Shown: piece after piece, positions 8,682-18,160 of the stretch
Position numbering within the stretch: the stretch's first letter is position 1
How the letters are laid out: every line of letters starts with the position of its first letter
From: Myxococcales bacterium UBA1238
Lineage (GTDB): Bacteria; Myxococcota_A; Bradymonadia; UBA7976; UBA1532
Direction of reading: 5' to 3'
Assembly: GCA_002309015.1 (NCBI GenBank)
Contig: DBWM01000055.1
Coordinates: 76,310-114,633, forward strand
Length of the DNA: 38,324 nucleotides
Translations under genes and position numbers: made by a program
Notes under the pieces: generated by a model
What the model was told of the DNA's origin: nothing
Database searches by the model: none
Seen by the model: the letters and a program-made list of their open reading frames with translations, nothing else

Positions 8682-10160
8682 TCAGCCAGATTCGCCCGGT
8701 TTAGGCAATTCGGTCGCGGGAGTTTGCTCCAGCGCAGGCCATTGAAAGAGCTCGTTCTGCGTAATCTTGGGCGTCAGCTCAAAGGGATTAAACGCCTGAT
8801 TTGAATCTTCACTTGCGGCTCTTGCCGCATCGGAAGAAACGACAGCGAAGAACGCAAAACGCAACAACGTCCCCGGTTCCCCCGATATCACCAGCTTCGA
8901 CAGCGCATGGGCGGCATCTTTCCCCCAAACGGTACAGGCCCCCGGCACGCTGTCTTCAAGCGCCACCTCAGGCTTGAGCATCAGGCTGTGCACGCCCCCT
9001 TTTGAGAACCTTACATCCGCAACTCCAAAATACAAATTTTCTTGTCCTGAGCGGAGTTGCAATGTTTGCAGCCTTTCCAGCCTGGTGAAATTTCCAGTGG
9101 GCGCAATCACAAAGGCGAGCAATCCCCAAAGCCCCAGCAAACACCATCGCAGCGCTTTCGAGCGCAAAGGAAAAAACAACAAAGCTGCCAGAGAGAGACA
9201 AAAAAACCACACGCGCCACGAGAAAAATGAACTTCCCACGGAACTGGGCACAGGCAATTGCTCAAACCAGCTGAGCGCTTTCTCCAAAGAGGGACCGCGC
9301 GGTGCCAGCGCCTTTTGCAAAACCGGCCCATCCATCAAATCGCTCAAAGACACCGCCAGCACGCGAACAAGCCCCAAACCGCGCTGCTCTTCCGTCAGCA
9401 CGGGCAATCCATCCGCCATCACCAGCGCGCGCGCATCTCCCTGCAGTTTCAATTCCCTGCGACTTGAAACCCGAGGCAGAGCGTGGGCCAACGCAGCTCC
9501 AGGACGTCCGGAAGGTCCCAAACGCACGTGGGTCAACCCCGAAAGCGCATCCTCATCGCTCTCATACCCCGTCGAAACCACCAGCACACTGCCCGCTAAC
9601 ACCGCGTCTCTCAAGGATTTTTTGGCATCTGGCGTTAAAAGTCCCCAATCCTGTGAGTCGATTAAAATCAACGGCGCGAACCTAAGCGCACCAAAGCTTT
9701 CGGGCACGTCACCCAACGCGCGATGCTCGAGCGGTAAATCAGGCTGAACGAAGTGAAGCAGTTTCTCCAAATTCGCTCTTCCCCGATTTGCCGATGTGAC
9801 CCAGAGCGCCGGAGGAGACTTCGCCATATGCATGGGCTGCGATTCCACAGGCAGCGCCCGATGCCCCGTCTTTATCCAAAGATTCGGCCAGACTTCGCCT
9901 GCGCATTGCACCAAAAAGCGTGATTTTTCATAGGATTCTACTTGCAACCCTTCGTCGGTGGGCCAGGAGGGATCGGGCAACACGTCCAGATGAGTCGTCA
10001 AAACCTGCTGATTTTCAACCTCCACCAAAAGCGCGCTGCCATCTCCAAAAGGCATTTGTTTCACCGGCTGTACCACCTGAGTCTCATCTTTAGCCAAAGC
10101 CCAGCGCGTCAAAAAGCAGAAGAGGATCAACAGGTTAAAGAGATTTAATCCCAAACGCAT
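8682..10160 (-). CDS. Hypothetical exported/membrane protein (signal peptide, extracytoplasmic domain, two TM helices)
   Basis: 492-aa ORF in an operon-like chain; signal ending WALA; hydrophobic pair WRVWFFCLSLAALLFFPL and WCLLGLWGLLAFVIA. Confidence 0.7.
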   Translation of the reverse strand: MRLGLNLFNLLILFCFLTRWALAKDETQVVQPVKQMPFGDGSALLVEVENQQVLTTHLDVLPDPSWPTDEGLQVESYEKSRFLVQCAGEVWPNLWIKTGHRALPVESQPMHMAKSPPALWVTSANRGRANLEKLLHFVQPDLPLEHRALGDVPESFGALRFAPLILIDSQDWGLLTPDAKKSLRDAVLAGSVLVVSTGYESDEDALSGLTHVRLGPSGRPGAALAHALPRVSSRRELKLQGDARALVMADGLPVLTEEQRGLGLVRVLAVSLSDLMDGPVLQKALAPRGPSLEKALSWFEQLPVPSSVGSSFFSWRVWFFCLSLAALLFFPLRSKALRWCLLGLWGLLAFVIAPTGNFTRLERLQTLQLRSGQENLYFGVADVRFSKGGVHSLMLKPEVALEDSVPGACTVWGKDAAHALSKLVISGEPGTLLRFAFFAVVSSDAARAASEDSNQAFNPFELTPKITQNELFQWPALEQTPATELPKPGESG

Positions 10161-10843
10161 CTAGAGGCCCTCTTTTGCCAATGCAAACAACCCGCAATCA
10201 GACAGCAGCCGCTCACCAGGTAAAAGGCGATCGCCCAACCCCAGGAAGGCCAATCCATATCGAACACAGCCGCCCATGTAAAATGTGAAAAGATCGGATC
10301 TTTGGCCAAATCGATCGACCAGGAAAGCTTAATGGCCCCTACCGGATGGAGCGCCAGCAGCCAACCGAGCACAGAAGCGCAGGAAGACTCCTTAATGAAC
10401 TGAATTGTAATCCACAGAGGTGACGTTAAAAATGCTGTTATGATCACATATATCACAAGTGCCGCTACATTGACGGAGCGGCATTGGCGATCCAAAAAAT
10501 CGGCCAAAATCAACAGCAACAATCCCCACAATGAAAGCACCAGGGTGGGCCGCCAAAGCAATGCGCATCCCAGCCAGGCTCCCACCCACACCAGCACCGC
10601 AGGTCCGATCAGCCCATATACGCGTAATAAAAAGCTTTTTCGGCAAAAATCCATGGCTGCGAGCCCCGCTTGAACATCGCGTTCACGGCGCCCCAAAACC
10701 AACCCTGGCACCATCAGACTCGCCGCAACCAGCCCCCAGATGCGCACAGTCGGATCGCGCGGCAAAAGGAGCGGCAACAACAGCGTAAATGCCGCCCCCA
10801 CCAGCAAGCGCACCAAATCCCGCCGCAGAATAAACATCAACAT
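10145..10843 (-). CDS. Hypothetical polytopic membrane protein (loosely ABC-2 permease-like)
   Basis: About 6-7 hydrophobic segments; 3 bp downstream of rlmD and overlapping the next gene. The permease resemblance is only an impression. Confidence 0.65.
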   Translation of the reverse strand: MLMFILRRDLVRLLVGAAFTLLLPLLLPRDPTVRIWGLVAASLMVPGLVLGRRERDVQAGLAAMDFCRKSFLLRVYGLIGPAVLVWVGAWLGCALLWRPTLVLSLWGLLLLILADFLDRQCRSVNVAALVIYVIITAFLTSPLWITIQFIKESSCASVLGWLLALHPVGAIKLSWSIDLAKDPIFSHFTWAAVFDMDWPSWGWAIAFYLVSGCCLIAGCLHWQKRASRCVWD

Positions 10844-10846
10844 CGC

Positions 10847-12202
10847 TCACCTTTTAGAGCGATTTCGCTGATTGGACAAAGGATTACGTCCGCGCGCGAA
10901 CACAGCAAATGTTTCCACATGCCCCGTTTGAGGAAACAGATCAAACAGATGCAAATCTGTCAACAGAAAACCGCAGCGCTCCAGCATCTCAGCATCCCGC
11001 GCCAATGTAGCCGGATGGCAACTCACATAAAAGATCCTTTGCAATTCAAAAGCTTCCCGCACGCGCGCTTCCAGTTTCGGATCCCCTGAGCGCGGCGGAT
11101 CCAAAAGCAGCATTTTTTGTTCCAGCAGCTGCATTTGCGTGGCATCGCTCGCAACCGCATGAACCGCCAGTCCACGTTTTTGTGCCTCGTTTTGCAGGCT
11201 TTGAACGGCTGCCCCATCGATCTCCACGGCGGTCACCTGCAAACCCGCTTCGGCCAAAGGAAAGGTAAAATTTCCGGATCCTGCAAATAACTCCAGTAAT
11301 TTTGAAGATTTCAGTTCCTTTTGAGCATGCAGAACCGCATCGGTCACCGTCTGAACCAAAAGCTCATTGCCCGGCTGATGCGCCTGCACAAAGCTGCCTG
11401 CGGGCGAAATGATGTGATGGGCTCCCAAAACGTCGAACCCCTCACCAAACTGCGCACTGCATGCGGTTTCCTGACCGGCAACCGAGATCTTCACGCCGTG
11501 AATTTCTTCACAAATGGCCTCATTCGCCCGTCCTAAGATCGCCTCATAAGTGGGCCAGTCTTCGCATTCGAGAGCAATCGTTCCCGAATCGCTCTCTGCC
11601 GCAGCCGTAAGACGCAGCACGCCTTTTCCTTTGAGCACAGGCAAAAAGCGAGCGCGCAACGCCCGCAACATCCGCATCAAAACCGGCGAAAACGCTAAGC
11701 AATCCGTCACTTCAAACAGCGACTGCGTCCCCTGCTCATAGAAGCCTAACAGCCCGTTATCCCAATGCAATCGCCCTGTTGAACGCCAGCCTTGCACGGG
11801 CGGCACCGCATGCATTTGACAAGGATGGTTAAACAGATGCGTCAGATGCGCCTGAAGCGCCTGAAGCTGAAGGGCGTGATCCGCGATTCCCCAGGGACAG
11901 CCCCCACATTTTGCGGCATGCGCGCAAGGCCAATCCCGACGCGCTTTCCCAAAGGCCTCAAATTCGGCTATCTCAGCTACAACAAAGCGTTTTTTAACCT
12001 CAATCACCCGCACCCTGGCCCGATCACCCGGAGCCGCCCCGGAAGCGAACAGCACGCGACCGTCCGGAGCATGCGAGATCACCTGCCCTCCGAACGATAA
12101 CCGCTCAAAAACGCAAGAAAATTCATCGCCTTCTTGCAGCGAATCCTCCCTGTGCAGCGCATTCTTTTGAGGTTTTTTTTGTATGGCTGGGCGTATCATC
12201 AA
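10847..12202 (-). CDS. rlmD: 23S rRNA m5U methyltransferase, RlmD/RumA family
   Basis: TRAM-like N-terminus; CAHAAKCGGC plus a later DC (4Fe-4S ligands); FVQAH, LELFAGSGNF, DPPRSG, catalytic YVSC, DLFPQTGHVE. Confidence 0.9.
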   Translation of the reverse strand: MMIRPAIQKKPQKNALHREDSLQEGDEFSCVFERLSFGGQVISHAPDGRVLFASGAAPGDRARVRVIEVKKRFVVAEIAEFEAFGKARRDWPCAHAAKCGGCPWGIADHALQLQALQAHLTHLFNHPCQMHAVPPVQGWRSTGRLHWDNGLLGFYEQGTQSLFEVTDCLAFSPVLMRMLRALRARFLPVLKGKGVLRLTAAAESDSGTIALECEDWPTYEAILGRANEAICEEIHGVKISVAGQETACSAQFGEGFDVLGAHHIISPAGSFVQAHQPGNELLVQTVTDAVLHAQKELKSSKLLELFAGSGNFTFPLAEAGLQVTAVEIDGAAVQSLQNEAQKRGLAVHAVASDATQMQLLEQKMLLLDPPRSGDPKLEARVREAFELQRIFYVSCHPATLARDAEMLERCGFLLTDLHLFDLFPQTGHVETFAVFARGRNPLSNQRNRSKR

Positions 12203-12780
12203 TGCTGACTTTCAGGCGCATGAGGAAATTTTTGGAAAGGCTTCGTTTTTTGTATTTTCAAACGAAAATCACCGTGCAGATTGCCCAATACCTGAGTCTC
12301 GTCGCGCGCATCGATCACCTTTAAATCCGAAAAAGCGCCTTCCACCCGATCGCCTTCGCCGGTCCCCCATCGCGTAAACGTGATTTCGCCCTGCAGCGAT
12401 AGGTTTTGAGAAGAATCACCACAAAGTTCAAGCAACATTAAATTGCCGCGGATGCCCTCCCCGGGCCCCACTTTTTGCGCCGTTCCTGCCGTCACCTGAG
12501 AGGGATGGGCTATCGAGAACACCAGCGCATCGCTCCGCTCCAGAGTCTGCACGCCATGCTGCATTCTTAAAATGCCCAAATCTTCATAGAGCTCCAGAGC
12601 AAAAAAATCTGCTTTTAAATCAAAGGCTTCGCAATCGTTTTGCCCATCCTTGCAGGTATAGGACTTCCCTTTGCCCCCATCGCAATGGGGCAGTTCCAAA
12701 GAGCCCGCCACAAACCCAGACCCCAAATCCGGATCGCACCCCAGGCAAAACGCCAAACAAGCGAACAACAGATGTTTCAT
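12199..12780 (-). CDS. Hypothetical lipoprotein
   Basis: MKHLLFACLAFCLGC lipobox-type signal from ATG 12780; beta-rich body; 4-bp overlap with the rlmD start. Confidence 0.72.
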   Translation of the reverse strand: MKHLLFACLAFCLGCDPDLGSGFVAGSLELPHCDGGKGKSYTCKDGQNDCEAFDLKADFFALELYEDLGILRMQHGVQTLERSDALVFSIAHPSQVTAGTAQKVGPGEGIRGNLMLLELCGDSSQNLSLQGEITFTRWGTGEGDRVEGAFSDLKVIDARDETQVLGNLHGDFRLKIQKTKPFQKFPHAPESQH

Positions 12781-12914
12781 CTCTGCATCCCGCAAACCTG
12801 TTGAACCCATTGATGCCCTCTCGCTCACAGATTCGCAAGACTCGCCTTCAAAAGACCGGATTTAAATGAATGAATTTTTGTGCATTTTGCTTCAACTGAG
12901 CTCAATTTTTAAAT

Positions 12915-12934
12915 TTTGATGATAAATCATCAAA
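12915..12934. promoter_or_regulatory. Perfect 9-2-9 inverted repeat, candidate transcription-factor operator
   Basis: TTTGATGAT-AA-ATCATCAAA in an AT-rich divergent intergenic region. Confidence 0.5.
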
Positions 12935-13135
12935 TGACAACGCCATCGCGTCACCCATATCGACTCTGGTTTTCTCTGCAATCCTTTCCGTTTAACGCTC
13001 AAAACCCTTTGAAATCCGCCGCTACCGTTGCCACAAAAGGCGCGTCGTGATAATGACGCCTTCTTTTTTTGGGCCGCCGAGGCAGCCTGTAGACGCAACA
13101 TCAACGACGGCCCAAGCCGCCTTCAATTGGAAACG

Positions 13136-13978
13136 ATGTACACATTACTTTTGGCCCTTGGGGTCATGCTTTTTGTCATTTTCGTGCCCATGCTGTTTGG
13201 AGCGAGCGCCGCTTGGACAGTCTTGCCGGGGCTCATCATCGGCGTTCTCGTATTCGTATGGGTCAACCGACGCATCGCCAAGCGCGTCGAAGCGGTCACA
13301 CAGGCGGCCGACGCAGAACTCCAGGGCCTTCAGCAAATCGCGCAGCGCGCCACCACCCCCGCCCAGGCCCAGCAGGCTCAGGCCAACATCGCACGCCATT
13401 TTGAAAACGCCATCAAAATCCTTCACTCTGGTTTTCTGTTTGCCAAATGGCAGGTGGGCGTCAGCACCATGTTGAACGCGCGCATCGGGATTTTGCATTT
13501 TACGCGCTGGATTTCGCTGCAGCAGAACGCCGCCATCAATGAAGCGATCCCCTATCTCGAAAGATCAAGGGTCAAGGGGCAAAAAGCCAAGCTTCTTCAG
13601 GCGTTATGGCCCGCATGGGCGATGCTCGCGGTGGCTTATTACAAAGGTCGCCAAAACGCTGCCAAAGCCCTCGAACTCCTCGATGACGTCACCCGGTTCA
13701 TCAAAAAAGAGGGCGTATTGTGGAGCATCTACGCCTGGATTCTGGTGCAGGAAAAGCGCAACAGCGAGGCGATCGACGTGCTGGTCCGCGGCAAGGAAGC
13801 TGCGCCCAACGACAGCGTGCTCGCCGAAAACCTGGAGCTCCTGCAGAACAACAAGCCCCTGCAAATGAAGAACTACGGCGATCTCTGGTACCAGTTCGGC
13901 CTCGAACGGCCCAAGATGCCTAATTTACAGCCCAAAATGGGGCATCCCCGCATGAAAGGTCGGGGCCTCCGCCGCTGA
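13136..13978 (+). CDS. Membrane-anchored TPR-repeat protein
   Basis: Start MYTLLLALG at 13136; two N-terminal TM helices; TPR-like helices (AWAMLAVAYYKG...ALELL, LWSIYAWILVQEKRNSEAIDVL); basic C-terminal tail. Confidence 0.8.
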   Translation: MYTLLLALGVMLFVIFVPMLFGASAAWTVLPGLIIGVLVFVWVNRRIAKRVEAVTQAADAELQGLQQIAQRATTPAQAQQAQANIARHFENAIKILHSGFLFAKWQVGVSTMLNARIGILHFTRWISLQQNAAINEAIPYLERSRVKGQKAKLLQALWPAWAMLAVAYYKGRQNAAKALELLDDVTRFIKKEGVLWSIYAWILVQEKRNSEAIDVLVRGKEAAPNDSVLAENLELLQNNKPLQMKNYGDLWYQFGLERPKMPNLQPKMGHPRMKGRGLRR

Positions 13979-16257
13979 CAACGCTCACCCATCTCGGCCG
14001 CTATCGCCTGGAACGCCTCCTCGCCCGAGGGGGAATGGGAGAGGTGTATGTCGCCGAACTGCAGGGTGCAGCAGGTTTTTCCCGCCAGGTCATCATAAAG
14101 CGCATATTACCGCATCTCGCAGCCGATCCGCAGTTTGTCCGCAAATTCATCGACGAAGCGCGCCTGATGGTTCAGCTCCACCACGGCAACATCATCCGCG
14201 TCGAAGAATTGAACGAGGAGGCGGGCGAACTCTTTATTGTGATGGAATATTTGCCGGGCCGCGATTTGCGCGCGATCCAAAAGCGGATGCTCGCGCAACA
14301 CCGCACCATGCCTGCGGATTTGGCTGCCTGGCTGCTCACCGAAGTCTGCGCGGGGCTCGATTACGCCCATCACCGCACCGACGCCAACGGGCAACCTTTG
14401 GGGCTCGTCCACCGCGATGTGAGTCCCTCCAACATCCTGGTGGGTCCCGGCGGCGAAATTAAAATCACCGATTTTGGCATCGCATCGGCTCGAGGCTGCC
14501 TGCACGAAAGCGTCTCGGGCGTCCTTCAGGGCAAATTCCTCTACATGAGCCCCGAGCAGGCCGAAGGCAAAAAACTCGACGCCCGCAGCGATCTCTTCTC
14601 GGCCGCCCTCATCCTTTACGAACTGCTCTCGGGACACCGCCCCTTCGAAGCCGACAGCGAAGTGGCCACCCTTAAGCTCGTCCGCGAAGCCAACATTCCG
14701 CCCATCGACGATTATTGCCCCGATATCGATCCCGAGCTCGCACAAATTTTACATACCGCGCTCGCGCTCAATCCCGACGATCGATACAGCTCCGCCGGTG
14801 CCTTTTCGCGCGCGATCCTCACCTATCTGGTCACCAATCATCAAGAGCCTTCAGCAGCGCAACTGGTTGAATTTACATCAAAATTATTCCCCGAGGGCTT
14901 CATTGAAAGCGCCAGCGAAAAGCCCCTTTCGCTCGACGACGCCTTTAATTTAGAGCTCGGAGCGCTCAGCGCTCAAAATGCATCGACCAGGCAAACGCCT
15001 TCGATCAGCACCAGGCCCGCTCGTCCGGCATCTTCAGAAACAACCGAAGCAGAGGCACAAAACGCGGCTGCATCTTTGGCCGTAACGAGGCGCTCGGGAC
15101 TTTTCAGACTCGAATCGCAGCAAATCGCCCAACAGAATACGCCTGGAGATTCTTCCGGCGTATCGGCGATTTCTCAACAAATCAGTCAGGTTACGCCAGC
15201 TCAAATACCTCAGGTGGTTCGGGCAAGCCGCTTTTGGCCCGTCACCACGGTCGTGGTCGCGCTCACCGCGTTGGCTTTTTTGTTTTACTTTCACGATCGC
15301 CCACAGGAAGGCTATTTAGACCCCACCGTCACATCGAGCGAGACGCCAGAACAGGCGATCCCTCAGGCCAAAATCACCGTCGATGGCAAAAACTGGGCCC
15401 CCAAAAAGGCTTACCCCGCCAATCGATGGCTCGAAATCTGTGCCAGTGCCGAGGGTTACGAGCGTCAATGCCAGGACATCCATCTCGAACATCACAAAAC
15501 CGCGCAACCGCGATTTGAGCTTCAGCGGCGACCCACATTAGAGGTGCTCTTCGATCCCCCAGATGCTCAGGCCGACGTGACGTTAAACGGCAGCGCCATC
15601 GAACTGCCTTACGACAATCTCACCGCCGGCAGCTACGCCGAACTCTGCGTGCTCCTTCGCGATCCGCGCTTTCAACCGCTGACCACACCCTGCAGGCAGC
15701 TCAAAATCGAATCGGGCAAAAAACATAAAATCGCCTTTCAATTCGAGCTCTTAGCGCCCGTGGTCGAATCGCCCGATGCCGCCGTTCCGGATCCTCCGCC
15801 AACATCACCAACGCCGCCAGCCCCGCCGAAGCCAGGTCATAAGCAGCGCAGCTTTACGATCACATCGACGCCCGCAGCGCAAGCGGATTGCGGATCTTCA
15901 GGTCAGGGCCCAACGCCGCTCACCCTTGCAGTCTCGGATCAGGCGCAAACCTGCCAGCTGACGGCGCCCCATTACGCACCGCGAAAACTGCAGATTCCGG
16001 CCCGAAACCGAAGCAACAAACATGTGACGCTTCAACATATGGCCCAGCTCACCCTTCGCGCGATGCCCGCCTACGCCTGGATTTACCTGGATGGTCAAAA
16101 ATTGACGCAAGGCCTCTATCAGGGTGAAATTCCTCCAGGCCCCCATCTGCTCGAAATCCGCCATGAAATCGACGGTCACTTAAAGGGCACCAAATCGACC
16201 CGCATCAACATAAATCCCAATGAAAACAAGCACTTGGTATTGGAGATTGAGGGATGA
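13975..16257 (+). CDS. Membrane-spanning Hanks-type Ser/Thr protein kinase with extracytoplasmic PEGA-like domains
   Basis: GRYRLERLLARGGMGEVY, IIKRI, FIDEA, HRDVSPSN, DFG, YMSPE, DLFS; TM VTTVVVALTALAFLFYF; PEGA-like repeats. The start is extended from the track's 14035 to CTG 13975 because subdomain I lies upstream (start is inferred). Confidence 0.92.
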   Translation: MTTLTHLGRYRLERLLARGGMGEVYVAELQGAAGFSRQVIIKRILPHLAADPQFVRKFIDEARLMVQLHHGNIIRVEELNEEAGELFIVMEYLPGRDLRAIQKRMLAQHRTMPADLAAWLLTEVCAGLDYAHHRTDANGQPLGLVHRDVSPSNILVGPGGEIKITDFGIASARGCLHESVSGVLQGKFLYMSPEQAEGKKLDARSDLFSAALILYELLSGHRPFEADSEVATLKLVREANIPPIDDYCPDIDPELAQILHTALALNPDDRYSSAGAFSRAILTYLVTNHQEPSAAQLVEFTSKLFPEGFIESASEKPLSLDDAFNLELGALSAQNASTRQTPSISTRPARPASSETTEAEAQNAAASLAVTRRSGLFRLESQQIAQQNTPGDSSGVSAISQQISQVTPAQIPQVVRASRFWPVTTVVVALTALAFLFYFHDRPQEGYLDPTVTSSETPEQAIPQAKITVDGKNWAPKKAYPANRWLEICASAEGYERQCQDIHLEHHKTAQPRFELQRRPTLEVLFDPPDAQADVTLNGSAIELPYDNLTAGSYAELCVLLRDPRFQPLTTPCRQLKIESGKKHKIAFQFELLAPVVESPDAAVPDPPPTSPTPPAPPKPGHKQRSFTITSTPAAQADCGSSGQGPTPLTLAVSDQAQTCQLTAPHYAPRKLQIPARNRSNKHVTLQHMAQLTLRAMPAYAWIYLDGQKLTQGLYQGEIPPGPHLLEIRHEIDGHLKGTKSTRININPNENKHLVLEIEG

Positions 16258-17594
16258 GCGACGATGAAATCACGCGCACGCATTTGGCGATGAGCTACGA
16301 AAGGCTGGCCGGACGCGAATACAGCCTTGAAGTCATCGAAGGTCCCGACAAAGGGCGCAGCTTAAAAACCCGCGCAAGGCTCATCCGCATCGGCACCAGC
16401 CCGGAATGCGATTTGGAACTCAATGACGAGACGGTCAGCCGCATCCACGCCCGCATCGAACTCGACAGCCTGGGGCACCGCATCATCGACGAAGATTCCA
16501 AAAACGGCACTTATATCAACAACTTACGCATCAAAGATCTCTATTTGCCCTCGCAGATTGCCCTGCGCATCGGCAACGACATCCTGCTCTATCAGCAAGG
16601 CCAGGAACAGGTCGAAATCGAACTCAGCCGCTCCAGCGAATATTATTCGATGATCGGCCAATCTCCGGCCATGAGAGAGATTTTCGCCGTTTTAGAGCGC
16701 GTCGCCCAAAGCGACATGACCATATTGGTTGAAGGCGAGACGGGCACGGGCAAGGAATTGGTGGCCGACGCCCTCCATCAGGGATCCAAGCGCCGGGGAC
16801 CGTTGGTCGTCTTCGATTGCTCTGCGGTCGCTCCCAATTTGATAGAATCTGAGCTGTTTGGCCATGTGAAGGGCGCATTTACAGGCGCAGCCCAAAGCCG
16901 GAAGGGTGCCTTTGAACGCGCGCAGGGTGGAACGCTTTTTCTCGATGAAATCGGGGAGTTACCGCTCGATCTGCAACCCAAGCTGCTGCGCGCACTGGAG
17001 CAGCGGGAAATCCGTCCCGTGGGCGGCGATCACCCCATCCGCGTCGACGCGCGCATCGTAGCGGCCACCAATCGCCATCTGCAGCAGGAAGTTGAGGATG
17101 GTCACTTTAGGCAGGATTTGTATTATCGTCTGGCGGTTTTGCGCATCGCGCTTCCCCCACTCCGACGCCGCACCGAAGACATCCCCCTGCTGGTCAATCA
17201 TTTCTTAAAAAACATCAAAGGCAAGGCGCCCCAGGTGGGCTACGAGACGATCGTCAAGCTTCAGCATTACGCCTGGCCCGGAAACGTGCGCGAACTCCGC
17301 AATTTTGTAGAGCGCGCGGCGGTGCTCGCCACCGAAGATCGCATCGAAACGCGTTTTTTGGTGCCTCCCACATTCGGCGAAACCACAACTGCGCCTGCAG
17401 CGAGCGGTGCACCGATCGACGTGAGCCTGCCCTTTAAAGACGCCAAGGCGCGCCTCATCGAAAACTTTGAGCGCGAATACTGGACCGAGCTTTTGAAGCA
17501 GACCGACGGCAACATCTCCGCCGCCGCCCGAAGCGCGGGGATCCATCGTAAGTCTGCAGAATATTTATTAAAAAAGCTCGATATACATTTCTAA
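16254..17594 (+). CDS. FHA-domain sigma54-dependent enhancer-binding protein (FHA-AAA+-Fis HTH)
   Basis: FHA (IGT...DETVSRIHA...DSKNGT), [51 protein letters not shown]; ATGA overlap with the kinase stop. Confidence 0.95.
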   Translation: MSDDEITRTHLAMSYERLAGREYSLEVIEGPDKGRSLKTRARLIRIGTSPECDLELNDETVSRIHARIELDSLGHRIIDEDSKNGTYINNLRIKDLYLPSQIALRIGNDILLYQQGQEQVEIELSRSSEYYSMIGQSPAMREIFAVLERVAQSDMTILVEGETGTGKELVADALHQGSKRRGPLVVFDCSAVAPNLIESELFGHVKGAFTGAAQSRKGAFERAQGGTLFLDEIGELPLDLQPKLLRALEQREIRPVGGDHPIRVDARIVAATNRHLQQEVEDGHFRQDLYYRLAVLRIALPPLRRRTEDIPLLVNHFLKNIKGKAPQVGYETIVKLQHYAWPGNVRELRNFVERAAVLATEDRIETRFLVPPTFGETTTAPAASGAPIDVSLPFKDAKARLIENFEREYWTELLKQTDGNISAAARSAGIHRKSAEYLLKKLDIHF

Positions 17595-17653
17595 ACATTC
17601 TCTCGCCAAACCTTACTCGCCCAACGCGCCCGATCGTGCCAAAATGACCGGTT

Positions 17654-18160
17654 ATGATGCGCGCACGAGTGATATTGAGCTTCTGTCTCCTTTATGCGGT
17701 GGCCTGCCAGCCCGAACGCGAATATTCGGGACTCTGGCAGCAAAAAGGCGGCGATTCTGCTGGTGACGGCTATGTTTACGAGCTGCACCTCGGTCGCTAC
17801 GGAGACAGCCTCTCGGGCATGGTCGTGCGCTATCTCGATCAAGGTGAAGGCTACAGTTACGAGCGCACCAGCGAATGCGGCTGTTTTTTAATCGAAGCCG
17901 GCCGCGTTCACGAAAATCACCTGCGATTTCAGCTCCATCGCCCCGATCTGCCTGGCCCCACCGAAGCCAAAAGCGAGAATCCCGCCTGCAGCCCCATCCC
18001 GACCGATCTCTGCCAGGAGCGTATTTTTGTTTTAAACGGCGATGATGAAGAATTGACGGGCCAGATTTTATGCAACTCGGATGATCCACAGCCCCTCAGG
18101 GTCACCTTTCATTCCGTTTTTGGCCGCACGCGCACCGTCTGCATTCAAGAGGAGGAGTGA
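17654..18160 (+). CDS. Hypothetical lipoprotein
   Basis: MMRARVILSFCLLYAVAC lipobox-type signal; beta-rich body with several Cys; overlaps the next start. Confidence 0.72.
   Translation: MMRARVILSFCLLYAVACQPEREYSGLWQQKGGDSAGDGYVYELHLGRYGDSLSGMVVRYLDQGEGYSYERTSECGCFLIEAGRVHENHLRFQLHRPDLPGPTEAKSENPACSPIPTDLCQERIFVLNGDDEELTGQILCNSDDPQPLRVTFHSVFGRTRTVCIQEEE

Noticed and set aside
8974-9747. 257-aa plus-strand ORF
   Set aside because: Antisense to a membrane gene that fits the minus-strand operon; Ser/Pro/Ala-rich with no motifs.
12173-12180. T8 tract in the rlmD 5' end (also T8 at 37977-37984) as phase-variation sites
   Set aside because: Both genes are in frame, and short A/T runs are common throughout this window.
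17626-17642. Sigma54 promoter-like TTGGCACG on the minus strand just after the EBP gene
   Set aside because: The -12 GC is off register by one base, there is no TTGC, and it points antisense into the EBP gene.
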